This document shows positions 38,074 through 47,664 of a DNA stretch of 64,000 nucleotides, piece after piece. Source of the DNA: Candidatus Heimdallarchaeota archaeon (GTDB lineage Archaea; Asgardarchaeota; Heimdallarchaeia; Hodarchaeales; Hodarchaeaceae). The translations under genes were made by a program, and so were the position numbers. Under the pieces are notes generated by a model. It had not been told where the DNA came from. It ran no database searches and was given only the letters and a program-made list of their open reading frames with translations. The stretch is from the NCBI GenBank assembly GCA_011364965.1, contig RDOB01000002.1:192001-256000 (forward strand), written 5' to 3'. How positions within the stretch are numbered: position 1 is the stretch's first letter; each line of letters begins with the position of its first letter.

Positions 38074-40635
38074 ATGTCATCACGAATTCCCCTGCAAAGC
38101 AGTAGATATTATTTGGAAGCCCTCAAACAACATCGTCGAACTGTTGCACTCATCATTGCATTTACAATTACCGCTCCGTTGTTTGCATTCACCTCTCTTC
38201 CCCCAATAGAAGTAATCGAGGAAATTCCTCAGGAAGTGGAAGAAGAAATTGAAATTCCTATTGAAACCAATCAAACTATTGAAGTTGAGGTCAATAAAAC
38301 CATAGAAGTAGAAATTAATATCACGGAAGAGGTGATTCGCAATCGAACCATTGGTGTTAACATCACGGAAGGTGGAAGCATATTCCTAGAACCTCAACCC
38401 GCTCCTCCTCTAATTGACTCCGATATTGTTCTTTGCATTGATGTATCAGGAAGTATGGACGCAAATCGAATGCCTATTGCTCAAACAGCAATAAAAACAT
38501 TTCTTAACCTTCTAAATGATAGCTGCAGTCGCGGAATATCTAATGATAGGGTCGCTTTGGTTACTTTTTCAGGAACAGATCCTTGGGATGGAAATTGGGC
38601 CAATGATGCTGCAATTCGTGCAGGTTTGGATTTTATATCAAACCAGTCACATTTATCGAATATTATTAGTGAAACGGAGAGTTTGGTTGGCTATGGTTGG
38701 ACAGATGCTTGGGCAGGATTGAATTTCTCTTTAGATCTTCTGCTAAACAATCAACGAGAAACTCCAACACTTAAATCTATCTTATTTTTGACAGATGGGA
38801 AGCATAATACTGGTCCGTGGGGTATTGATGTTTCAAATGGAAACTATACAGGTTTCTTAAGTGAACCCGCAGACTTTATAAGCCAACAAGAAGGAGGGCC
38901 GTATTCTCAGAGTCCAGTAAAAATCGCGAGGGAAAACAATGTAAAAATCCATTCTATTGGGTTGTTTGAGGGTACTAGTTATGAATTTGACGAAAATTTC
39001 CTAAGAAATATTTCACTGAATGAAACATTTGGAGCTAATGGGGACTTTTATACAGGAAATAATACGCTTGACTTATCAGAAGGCTTCTTAAAATCAAGGG
39101 ATAGCGCATCAGGTTGGGCTTTAGTTGATTCGTGTGAGCTATTAATTATAGATAATCAATCTGTTCCCTTATTTGTTTTTAATGTAACTAAAGATATCCG
39201 TAGGATCAAATGGGATTTAAATTGGAATGACTCCGATATTAACTTTAATTTAACCATAATAGATCCGAATGGTACTATCAGGTTGATTACAAATTCAAGT
39301 CAAATTATGCCAGACATAATCACAGTTACTTTAGACATTCCCAAATCGATTATTTTGGATTTTCCCATGTTAGGTGAATGGCAATTCAACCTTACATGTA
39401 CCAATTCATCTGTTTCTGAACGAATTCTGAGCAGACTATCCTCTTTTCAACCTCCAATCTTTATTGAATCAATCACACAGTACAATTCCACTGAATTAGG
39501 TATAAGTATTTATTCTCAGGAGAAAGAGAACATTCTAGGTAATTCGGATGGTATAACATATAAGATCGTAAGTCTTACAGAGAATGAAACCGTTAGTAAT
39601 CAATCAGTTATCTTTTTAGTAAATGTATCTAATAGAAACCCTCTTTTCACATATCATAATATTACACCTTATGTTTTGGCAAATTTTACTTCGTATAATA
39701 TTACAAGTTCATGGAATCCTACAAATATTTCAGCATTAACAACTGGAAACTTTACAATTTTTCAATTTAATATCACATTTAATGAACCTGCCTTTTTACA
39801 AGGCACTATCTTCTTCAAAGTCAATTGTTCAGAAGGTTATTATGATGCTGTCGCTCAAGGTGTATCTCTTGACTATCGAATCACTACTGAAAATGTCACA
39901 ATAGAAACTTACACGGAAAACCAAACTATTACTGTTTTAGAAAATCAAACCACAATTGTCCTTGAAAATATGACCATTACGACGATTATCATTTCTCAAG
40001 GTACGACTAATGTACTCAAGTATACTTATAATCGTCAGGTATTTGATACACTGAAATGGGCTGGATTTTTCACCACATTAGGACTTTTAATGTCATTTTT
40101 GGCTGTGTACGTTGCAGCACAGGCGTACCATCTGAGATCTCTTGCGAAAAGTTTTCGTTCCCGTCTTTTCCCCGACCGATCTGCAATAGAACTAGCACTT
40201 CAAGAAAAAGGTATTTCTATGTCCTCGGAAGATTTGAACGCGGTTATAGATTCAACTAGTGACTTAGATCAATTTGCTATAAATATCCAAAATCTAACGG
40301 GCCAAAAACTCAGTCCAGAGGACTTAATTCGCATGACATCTGGGGCCACTCTTGAACAGATCATTCATAGACTTAGCTATGCAACAGATCTAACTCCAGA
40401 AGCAATAGCATCTCAATTAAAAGATGCTTCAACTATTGGAGAGTTGATAGAAGAATTAAAGCTTGATAAAGAGGCATTTTTAGATATTATAACCCAAGAT
40501 GAGCAGGTTAAAAATTTTCAGGCTAAAATTGCCATGTACATTCAACCAATGAAGAAAGAATTCTCTAATATTTCCTTGAATGATAACATCGATGTCAAAA
40601 GCTTTAGAGAGCGAATTAAAAGGGAAATGAATTAA
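38074..40635 (+). CDS. Two-TM vWA-domain surface protein with a cytoplasmic helical tail
   Basis: MIDAS DVSGS, GWTD, LFLTDG, IHSIG; TM helices near both ends; many sequons. Confidence 0.85.
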   Translation: MSSRIPLQSSRYYLEALKQHRRTVALIIAFTITAPLFAFTSLPPIEVIEEIPQEVEEEIEIPIETNQTIEVEVNKTIEVEINITEEVIRNRTIGVNITEGGSIFLEPQPAPPLIDSDIVLCIDVSGSMDANRMPIAQTAIKTFLNLLNDSCSRGISNDRVALVTFSGTDPWDGNWANDAAIRAGLDFISNQSHLSNIISETESLVGYGWTDAWAGLNFSLDLLLNNQRETPTLKSILFLTDGKHNTGPWGIDVSNGNYTGFLSEPADFISQQEGGPYSQSPVKIARENNVKIHSIGLFEGTSYEFDENFLRNISLNETFGANGDFYTGNNTLDLSEGFLKSRDSASGWALVDSCELLIIDNQSVPLFVFNVTKDIRRIKWDLNWNDSDINFNLTIIDPNGTIRLITNSSQIMPDIITVTLDIPKSIILDFPMLGEWQFNLTCTNSSVSERILSRLSSFQPPIFIESITQYNSTELGISIYSQEKENILGNSDGITYKIVSLTENETVSNQSVIFLVNVSNRNPLFTYHNITPYVLANFTSYNITSSWNPTNISALTTGNFTIFQFNITFNEPAFLQGTIFFKVNCSEGYYDAVAQGVSLDYRITTENVTIETYTENQTITVLENQTTIVLENMTITTIIISQGTTNVLKYTYNRQVFDTLKWAGFFTTLGLLMSFLAVYVAAQAYHLRSLAKSFRSRLFPDRSAIELALQEKGISMSSEDLNAVIDSTSDLDQFAINIQNLTGQKLSPEDLIRMTSGATLEQIIHRLSYATDLTPEAIASQLKDASTIGELIEELKLDKEAFLDIITQDEQVKNFQAKIAMYIQPMKKEFSNISLNDNIDVKSFRERIKREMN

Positions 40636-41567
40636 ATATTATACATTTTCTCTTCAAAAAATTTATATTGAGCTTCATTCACAGGTCGTAAGGCGCTAGC
40701 ATCGGTAGAGATCTGAATAAGCATCTCTGCGGATGCTTGGAAGGATTTCGCTGATTTCATTTTATGGAATAATGAATCAATAGTGGGAATTTCATATTGT
40801 CTGAAAACTTTAGAAAGCTCTGGATCGTCTTTAATCATTCCAATTATAGGATATGCAAAATTTTCCATAGTTTTCTCAATCCATTTTTGAGACAGGCACT
40901 TTTCTGTGATATTATTAAATATAAGTCCATTTAACGAAAAACCAGGTTGTGCAAGCAAGTCATATTGAGCTAACGATGCTTCAATAGTCTTAATCTCTTT
41001 AATTACTTCATCTACATTATTTTTATTCATATCAATAATCGCAATTATCAAATTTGAGTTCATCAATCCTGCTAGTTCAATGAAATTATGTCGATGATGT
41101 TCTATGGGAGCTAAATCAAAGAAAATATATTGAGAACCTGCTTTTTCTAGTATTAGAGTGATTTGCCAAATATGCTTTGCCAGTTCGAGAGCTTCTGATC
41201 TAGTTAAAGTGTCACTCACACCTCGTGAAAGAATAGGGATTGTAAAAAAAAGCGGTTCATTTGACTCTTTATGAACAAATTTTGATGGAAAACTGCACTT
41301 TGACCAATCTAAGACTTGAGAAGACTTCATCTGCTCTACCAAAGAAGTTAATTCCCCCATACGCATGAGGATTTTATCGGTTGCAAAAAATTGAATTGTA
41401 GAGTACATTGAGGAGAAATCAAATATGCAGGCAAGAGGAAAGTCTGGACTTACTTCTTTATCCTTTAGATATTTTTTTATAATCTCATACATGACTGTTG
41501 CCATGACAGGGGTTTGAGAAGTTGTAGACCCAGTAGATAGGCATGAAATTTTCAACATTTCAATCAC
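40632..41567 (-). CDS. MinD/ParA-fold protein with degenerate P-loop
   Basis: YIFFDLAP, LNGLIFNNI, PIIGMIKDDPEL, SAKSFQASAE follow MinD order; the Walker A position reads STGSTTSQT. Confidence 0.7.
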   Translation of the reverse strand: MIEMLKISCLSTGSTTSQTPVMATVMYEIIKKYLKDKEVSPDFPLACIFDFSSMYSTIQFFATDKILMRMGELTSLVEQMKSSQVLDWSKCSFPSKFVHKESNEPLFFTIPILSRGVSDTLTRSEALELAKHIWQITLILEKAGSQYIFFDLAPIEHHRHNFIELAGLMNSNLIIAIIDMNKNNVDEVIKEIKTIEASLAQYDLLAQPGFSLNGLIFNNITEKCLSQKWIEKTMENFAYPIIGMIKDDPELSKVFRQYEIPTIDSLFHKMKSAKSFQASAEMLIQISTDASALRPVNEAQYKFFEEKMYNI

Positions 41568-41640
41568 TTTTATAGATGAATTGAAGTTTATTTAAATCCA
41601 ATCAAATTCTTGATTAAGTTTTATATCAGAATTTTTCCCT

Positions 41641-42987
41641 TCAGCTTCGATCGATGACTGCTTGAAGAATCCCTAAGAGTTCTTCAACATCTTCTTTTAC
41701 TACAAATCTATCTTGAGACCGATGGAGCATTGCATTTCTTCTTAGACGAATTCTTTTAAGCTCCTTATTCTCTTTGACTGTTAAAAATTTTTCTTTTAAG
41801 AGTACATTAATAATAGAAGGCCAAGATTGATCTTCTGGAAATAATTCATGCTTCCAAAGAATATTACGGAAAAGACTTTCAACTGATCTCCATAAAAACA
41901 GAAATGTAGATATTTGCTCATCAAGAGAGATTTCGTCCCAGTTTTCTAATTTCTTTCTTGTATATAATACATCTAGCTTTATGGATTCTGTTTCTTCCTC
42001 ACTTGAAACCAAATCATCAATAGCATCTGATACACCTTGTCCCAAATAGAATTGTAATTCTAATTCTTTCCGCTTATCTTCTGCAAGATCCAATTGTTCA
42101 AGTAAATTTGAATACTGCTCTTGGACTAAAGCCCTCGCTACTTCTCGTTTGGAGTACTCTCTTAATTCCTCAGTTATATGAGACTCAATTAAATCTGAAT
42201 ACAACCTGGATACCAAATCCCAATTAGCTGCTAGCTTATTACCGATTTTATCAGCCAGAGGAAATTTTCGAATAGAATCCAGCTCAACTTGCCTAGTTTT
42301 AATTCTTATATCATCTGCGTAGGTAGTATATGACAGGTTATAGCTGGTTTTGCTAATTAGAACTGCAAGCTGATTTCTAGAATGATTAAATGAGAATGCA
42401 GTGACACCAATAAAGATTAAAAAGAGGATACCAAAAAAGGCTACATTAACGGGATTAATTATTCTATCAATGTATATGAAATCAAGATCAATCGAATTAA
42501 AGTGTAAATATATAATAGTGAATAGATTTCCGATATTGATTATTCCATAAGTTGTTGAAAAAAGAAGTAAGGTCTCTGAGAAGGACAGCATTTTATCTTC
42601 TGAAGATTCACTACGTGTGAAATATGCATCAATATATCCCCTTCTAAATATATTCTTTAGTTGAGGAAGGAGAATAGCTTGAATATTTGTTCTCAGAGAC
42701 TCTTTTGTATTCGGTTCAAGATCGATCTGTTTAAGGAGGAATATTTCATCCAGATCGCTTTTCAGTGCTTCTAAATAACGTTCTTGAGCTCTAGATAAAT
42801 TAAAAAGGATATATGGACTATAAACATAAAACATAAAGGCAGGAAATAGCAAAATAATTGCTGGGATAAGATTAAAGGGAGGGGGAGCATTTCCTGGTAA
42901 AATTAATAAATAAGCTTCAATTAAACCAATTTCGTAGATAATAGGGAACAATATCCCTAATAAAAATCTATTTTCGCGCAAAGACAT
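41641..42987 (-). CDS. Four-TM membrane protein with C-terminal HEPN-like domain
   Basis: Four hydrophobic helices; C-terminal LWRSVESLFR...LRRNAMLH (E helix plus R-x4-H). Confidence 0.72.
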   Translation of the reverse strand: MSLRENRFLLGILFPIIYEIGLIEAYLLILPGNAPPPFNLIPAIILLFPAFMFYVYSPYILFNLSRAQERYLEALKSDLDEIFLLKQIDLEPNTKESLRTNIQAILLPQLKNIFRRGYIDAYFTRSESSEDKMLSFSETLLLFSTTYGIINIGNLFTIIYLHFNSIDLDFIYIDRIINPVNVAFFGILFLIFIGVTAFSFNHSRNQLAVLISKTSYNLSYTTYADDIRIKTRQVELDSIRKFPLADKIGNKLAANWDLVSRLYSDLIESHITEELREYSKREVARALVQEQYSNLLEQLDLAEDKRKELELQFYLGQGVSDAIDDLVSSEEETESIKLDVLYTRKKLENWDEISLDEQISTFLFLWRSVESLFRNILWKHELFPEDQSWPSIINVLLKEKFLTVKENKELKRIRLRRNAMLHRSQDRFVVKEDVEELLGILQAVIDRS

Positions 42988-42992
42988 CTATT

Positions 42993-44666
42993 TTAAATCC
43001 CATTTTGCCTTATGAAAGAAAAGACAAATAAGCTTATAGTCAATATTAGGTAGCTGATACATAAGATAAATATCATTACTTCATTTATTTCTGGAAAAGC
43101 GGGAGCCCAGATCACTGTTAGAATTGAGAGAACCAAAATCATCATTATGGCGATAAATATTGTCTTGGATATCACTTTTCCCTCAATTCCAATTTCATCA
43201 ATCGTAGCTGCGGCATTTTGTACTTTTGCTGGAGTAATGACACTAGCTAAGCCCCCTGCAACTCCGTTTGAGGTTCCAACTGTAATTGGATCAATTCCAA
43301 GCGTATTACTAGTTTTTACATGATACTTTGTAAACATAACAATGGAGGAAGCCTCACTACCAGATACAAATCCCCCAAAAAAGCCAATGAAAGGAACAAG
43401 GAATGGAAAAATAGTACCGAAGTTGGTGGAAGTGAAATCTGATAATATAGAAACCATATTCAAACTGGGATTATTTGGTGCGGACTGATTTAAAAGCCAA
43501 GCAACAGCAAAGAAGATAGCAGCGGATGTCATAGGACGAAATCCACGAGATTTAAAACGAGTTAGGGTCATTGTCAAGGTTTTTTTATCCGAGGGTAAGA
43601 AAATAAATGAAATAATGAGAGAAACAATCACCCAAGTATAAGCTTGCCAAAGAATGCGTGTCTTAATAACAAATTCGCCAATAGTGATAGGGAAATATAA
43701 TTCAGAGAAAAGAAAGTCGAAAACTGGAGGAATGAAGTTTGTGATGATAGCAAAAAAGACAAGAAGAATCCAAGGAGAACACGCGCGAAGTAAGGACATT
43801 GATTTTTCGATTTCTATATCATTTGGGCTAAGTGATGATCTATCAATCATCTTAAAGCCCAGAATTTTAGCATATATGCCTAGAACTACCATAACTGCTA
43901 ATCCAGAGACAATACCAGTTAAGGTAACCAAACCGAGATAATTGACAATAATAGCCATCACTCCAGCAGTAGTACCAGACAATAACGCAATCACTAATGA
44001 TAATGGTTCCTTTATCATTTTTTTCCCTCCTGCAATGAAAAGCATGGCAACTGCGATTCCCGTGGATATAATAGGCATATATATACTGAAATATACCCCT
44101 ACTTCTTGTAAAGTCGGCGCTTGCTGAACTAGTATGCCAGATGAAGCCAAAGAGCTCAGCTCTCCAGTAAATACAACCGCAGGTATTGCTAGTAGCGCAT
44201 ATGTAGTCAAAGGATCATATCCAATCGCTGGGAGTGCAACTGCAATTACAGGTGGAAAACCAAGAGCGAGCATTATTGGGGGAAGTATGGAAACTGGTGT
44301 TGCTCCAATGGCAACAAAAAAACATCCTAGACCAAAATTTAGGAATAGTATTTGCCAAGCTTGATGTGTACCTCTTAATGTTTTAATAAAAACTATTATT
44401 CTTTTTAAAGCTCCAGATTCTGACATATAAGTAATCATAAGAATTGATGCCCCTACCATGAGTGTAATCTTGAAAGAGTCAATTATTCCAGCCAAAGAGA
44501 TTACTATTATTGATTCTAGAGATGTTGACCAATAAAAAGCAAGAATAGCAATCATAATAAAAACTAATAATCCTGTTGTATCTGCTTTCCAGCGTTTGAC
44601 AACCAATAGAAAAATTGCAAGTAAAAAGGGAAAGAGAATAAGAAAAAACTGTAGAAAATTCGCCAT
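42993..44666 (-). CDS. lctP: L-lactate permease family transporter
   Basis: Many TMs; ESGALKRI, PFIGFFGGFVSGSEASSIVMF, GGLASVITPAKVQNAAA. Confidence 0.85.
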   Translation of the reverse strand: MANFLQFFLILFPFLLAIFLLVVKRWKADTTGLLVFIMIAILAFYWSTSLESIIVISLAGIIDSFKITLMVGASILMITYMSESGALKRIIVFIKTLRGTHQAWQILFLNFGLGCFFVAIGATPVSILPPIMLALGFPPVIAVALPAIGYDPLTTYALLAIPAVVFTGELSSLASSGILVQQAPTLQEVGVYFSIYMPIISTGIAVAMLFIAGGKKMIKEPLSLVIALLSGTTAGVMAIIVNYLGLVTLTGIVSGLAVMVVLGIYAKILGFKMIDRSSLSPNDIEIEKSMSLLRACSPWILLVFFAIITNFIPPVFDFLFSELYFPITIGEFVIKTRILWQAYTWVIVSLIISFIFLPSDKKTLTMTLTRFKSRGFRPMTSAAIFFAVAWLLNQSAPNNPSLNMVSILSDFTSTNFGTIFPFLVPFIGFFGGFVSGSEASSIVMFTKYHVKTSNTLGIDPITVGTSNGVAGGLASVITPAKVQNAAATIDEIGIEGKVISKTIFIAIMMILVLSILTVIWAPAFPEINEVMIFILCISYLILTISLFVFSFIRQNGI

Positions 44667-44707
44667 TAAGACTTATCTCCAAGGTTAATTGTTAATCTAA
44701 TAATTGG

Positions 44708-45457
44708 TTATTTTTTTACCTTTCCTTGATCTGCTACCTTTTTCATTGCTAGTTTCACTAATTCAGGATCTCCGAGATAGTAGTGTTTGAGAGGTTTGAT
44801 CTCTTTATTCAATTCATATACAAGTGGAATACCCGTTGGAATATTCAATTTTAAAATTTCATCGTTAGGTACATTATCTAAGTGCTTTACTAAAGCACGT
44901 AAACTATTTCCGTGCGCTGAAATTAGTACTTTCTTGCCAGTTTTAATAGTAGGAACAATTTCATCAAACCAATATGGTAGAACACGAGCTACGGTGTCTT
45001 GTAAACATTCTGTGAGTGGAATATCCTTTTTAGCAAGATTTTTATACTTTGGATCTATTCCAGGATATTGTATATCTGTTTCAGCAAGTGCTGGCGGTCT
45101 AATATCATAACTTCGTCTCCATATAAGTACTTGATCTTCTCCATGTTTTGCAGCAGTTTCCGCTTTATTTAATCCCTGTAAAGCTCCATAATGCCTCTCA
45201 TTCAAACGCCACGACCTTTCTACAGGAATCCACATCAAATCCATTTCATCTAGAACAATCCATAACGTACGAATAGCACGCTTCAGGACACTTGTATAAG
45301 CAATGTTAAAAGTGAATCCTTCCGATAATAACGCTTTAGCTGATGCCTTTGCTTCCTCTATTCCCCTCTCTGATAGATCCACATCAGTCCAACCTGTGAA
45401 TAATCCCTCTTTATTCCATGTTGATTCCCCGTGACGTAGTAAAACCAGTTTATACAT
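44708..45457 (-). CDS. gpmA: 2,3-bisphosphoglycerate-dependent phosphoglycerate mutase
   Basis: [52 protein letters not shown]. Confidence 0.96.
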   Translation of the reverse strand: MYKLVLLRHGESTWNKEGLFTGWTDVDLSERGIEEAKASAKALLSEGFTFNIAYTSVLKRAIRTLWIVLDEMDLMWIPVERSWRLNERHYGALQGLNKAETAAKHGEDQVLIWRRSYDIRPPALAETDIQYPGIDPKYKNLAKKDIPLTECLQDTVARVLPYWFDEIVPTIKTGKKVLISAHGNSLRALVKHLDNVPNDEILKLNIPTGIPLVYELNKEIKPLKHYYLGDPELVKLAMKKVADQGKVKK

Positions 45458-45594
45458 GATAAATAACCCAATCCTTTAAATGAGAAACTCTTACGAATTA
45501 TTTAACAATCTTCTGAATTTAAAGCCATTGGTTTTTTCTAAACCAAATATTTATCTAATTTATTATCAAAGATTTTATCCTTCGTGAACACAAG

Positions 45595-46242
45595 TTGATT
45601 ATTTTGGTATCTCTTTTATGTATAATTCGTCATGGAGAGTCTGTTTGGAATAACTTAAATCTTTTTACAGGGTGGACTGATGTTTCTTTAACAGAACGTG
45701 GGAGAAAAGACTCAATTCAAGCAGCAAAACAAATAAAAGATCTTTCATTTGAAGCAGCATTTACCTCTGATTTAAAACGAGCAAATGAATCACTGCAATT
45801 GATTCTAAACTATCTTCAGATAAAGATTCCAGTAATTAGAAGTGATCGCTTGAATGAGAGGCATTATGGAGCTTTACAGGGATTGAATAAAGCTGAACTC
45901 AAGCAAAAATATGGAGAAGAACAGGTTCGTATATGGAGGCGGAGTTTTGACATAAAACCTCCAGGAGAAGAAGGGGAAAGCCTGAAAGATTGTATGAACC
46001 GAACGGTTCCTTATCTCAAAAAATATATTTATCCCTACCTCCGACAGGGCAAAAATGTCTTAATGGTGGGACATGGTAACAGTTTACGATCTTTAATTAT
46101 GTTTATTGAGGGATTTAGTCCAACTCAAATTATGGATTTTGATCTTGAACTTACTACTCCTTATCTCTATTATTTTAATTCCGATTTGCTGTTAATTAAA
46201 AAGGAAATTCGACCTATTCAGGGTGCTCATCATTCTCTTTAA
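45595..46242 (+). CDS. gpmA: Second cofactor-dependent phosphoglycerate mutase paralog (short type)
   Basis: [38 protein letters not shown]. Confidence 0.85.
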   Translation: MIILVSLLCIIRHGESVWNNLNLFTGWTDVSLTERGRKDSIQAAKQIKDLSFEAAFTSDLKRANESLQLILNYLQIKIPVIRSDRLNERHYGALQGLNKAELKQKYGEEQVRIWRRSFDIKPPGEEGESLKDCMNRTVPYLKKYIYPYLRQGKNVLMVGHGNSLRSLIMFIEGFSPTQIMDFDLELTTPYLYYFNSDLLLIKKEIRPIQGAHHSL

Positions 46243-46682
46243 CGAATCTTAAAACGCGGTTTTCTATCCTCAAACCGTATTTTTTCAACGTATCCAAGTT
46301 CTACAAGTTCATATAAGTAGATCAATTCCGTTTTTCCTTTTCTACGGGTATATCTTGCAACCTCTCCCGCTGTGATCTCATGATTCAGCTTTTTTAGCAT
46401 ATTATAGGTTTTAAATAATTTCTTGGGCATTTCTTCAGGTTTTTTTCGTGTTTTTATCTCTTGTTTGACTTCTTTTGCGATCTTTGAGAATTTAGAAGAT
46501 TCCAACATGAAATCAACAGCTTCTTTAACTGTTATAACTTTCTTATCAGACTTCCAATATTTTTTGATATCCTTAATGATTTCCTTCGCAGGTATATGGC
46601 TATTCTCTAGAACCTGCAAAGCACTAGGTGTGATCTGAAAATTTATCTTTTCTAAACGTAGTAAAAGGTTGTTTTCAGACAT
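46239..46682 (-). CDS. Winged-helix protein with an N-terminal helical domain
   Basis: ITAGEVARYTRRKGKTELIYLYELVELGYVEK wHTH; GGTG SD. Confidence 0.7.
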   Translation of the reverse strand: MSENNLLLRLEKINFQITPSALQVLENSHIPAKEIIKDIKKYWKSDKKVITVKEAVDFMLESSKFSKIAKEVKQEIKTRKKPEEMPKKLFKTYNMLKKLNHEITAGEVARYTRRKGKTELIYLYELVELGYVEKIRFEDRKPRFKIR

Positions 46683-46835
46683 ATTAACACCTTAATTTTT
46701 TATAATATTAAAGTCAGCTGTTTTCAAAAACATTTCCTTTCCACCAATAAAATGGGTAAAGTTAAAGTATTATTCAAGGCAAAATCTGGTGAAAAAAAGC
46801 ATTACTCGAAAAATCCTTAAGTTCAATCCGTAATT

Positions 46836-47327
46836 TTGAAGATAATAATGAATGAGTTTAAGATGATTGCAGAATCATGTCTCTATCGTAATAGAGCACA
46901 ATGTTCGTACTGGAATATCGAAACTCAGTGTCACTTTCTATCTTGTCCCTTATTTTCACTGGATATTCCAGAAGCTAATCGTTTGGCCTTAAAAAAGCAA
47001 ATTATCGATTCTGTGCAGTTTGATATTGAGGATTTTGAGAGCACATCTACTTCAATACGCGACTTAATAGATAAAGTAAGAAATAGCAATCCAGTGCAAA
47101 AATCTTCAGACAATATTCCTAGATTATCTGTTGTGGTTGAAAAACAAGTACAAAGAATGATTTGTTTTGTTTGTGGGGAAAGTATTGTTGATGATAGATA
47201 TTCTACCGTACGGGATCCGAATGGTGTGATTCTTTATTTTCATTCGAAAGGAGAGTGTATACCTCGGATAGAGAATTTAAATGGGACTAGAGAAAGATGG
47301 TTGAAGAACCGTGAATCCAATTTATGA
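46836..47327 (+). CDS. Hypothetical protein with two Cys/His clusters (putative Zn-binding)
   Basis: N-terminal C-x7-C-x8-C-x4-C; C-terminal CFVC...FH-x4-C. Confidence 0.65.
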   Translation: MKIIMNEFKMIAESCLYRNRAQCSYWNIETQCHFLSCPLFSLDIPEANRLALKKQIIDSVQFDIEDFESTSTSIRDLIDKVRNSNPVQKSSDNIPRLSVVVEKQVQRMICFVCGESIVDDRYSTVRDPNGVILYFHSKGECIPRIENLNGTRERWLKNRESNL

Positions 47328-47331
47328 TTTA

Positions 47332-47607
47332 TTAACTTAATTTATCGTTATTCGCGTTTTTTTTAGCAGTATAATGCTTTTGTCCCCACAGGTGAGCGCC
47401 AAATGATATTGAGATAAACGTAATACATCCTAATAAAAAAAATAACCTTTCTGAGAAATTTTTTGAAGTTAAAAAGAGAATGAAATTCAAAATGGTTAAT
47501 GTTAACGAAATTAAGAGAGTAAATATAATTATTATTGGTTTTTGATCCTTTGTATAAAGTTTCATTTCAATACTATTAAACAAAATTATCCTTTTAATCT
47601 CTGTCAA
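47332..47607 (-). CDS. Small two-TM membrane protein
   Basis: Two hydrophobic helices; start may be the ATG at 47565. Confidence 0.5.
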   Translation of the reverse strand: MTEIKRIILFNSIEMKLYTKDQKPIIIIFTLLISLTLTILNFILFLTSKNFSERLFFLLGCITFISISFGAHLWGQKHYTAKKNANNDKLS

Positions 47608-47664
47608 AATTGAACTAGATATTCACTGTATAATAATTTAATACTATAAGGATTGTAATAAATC

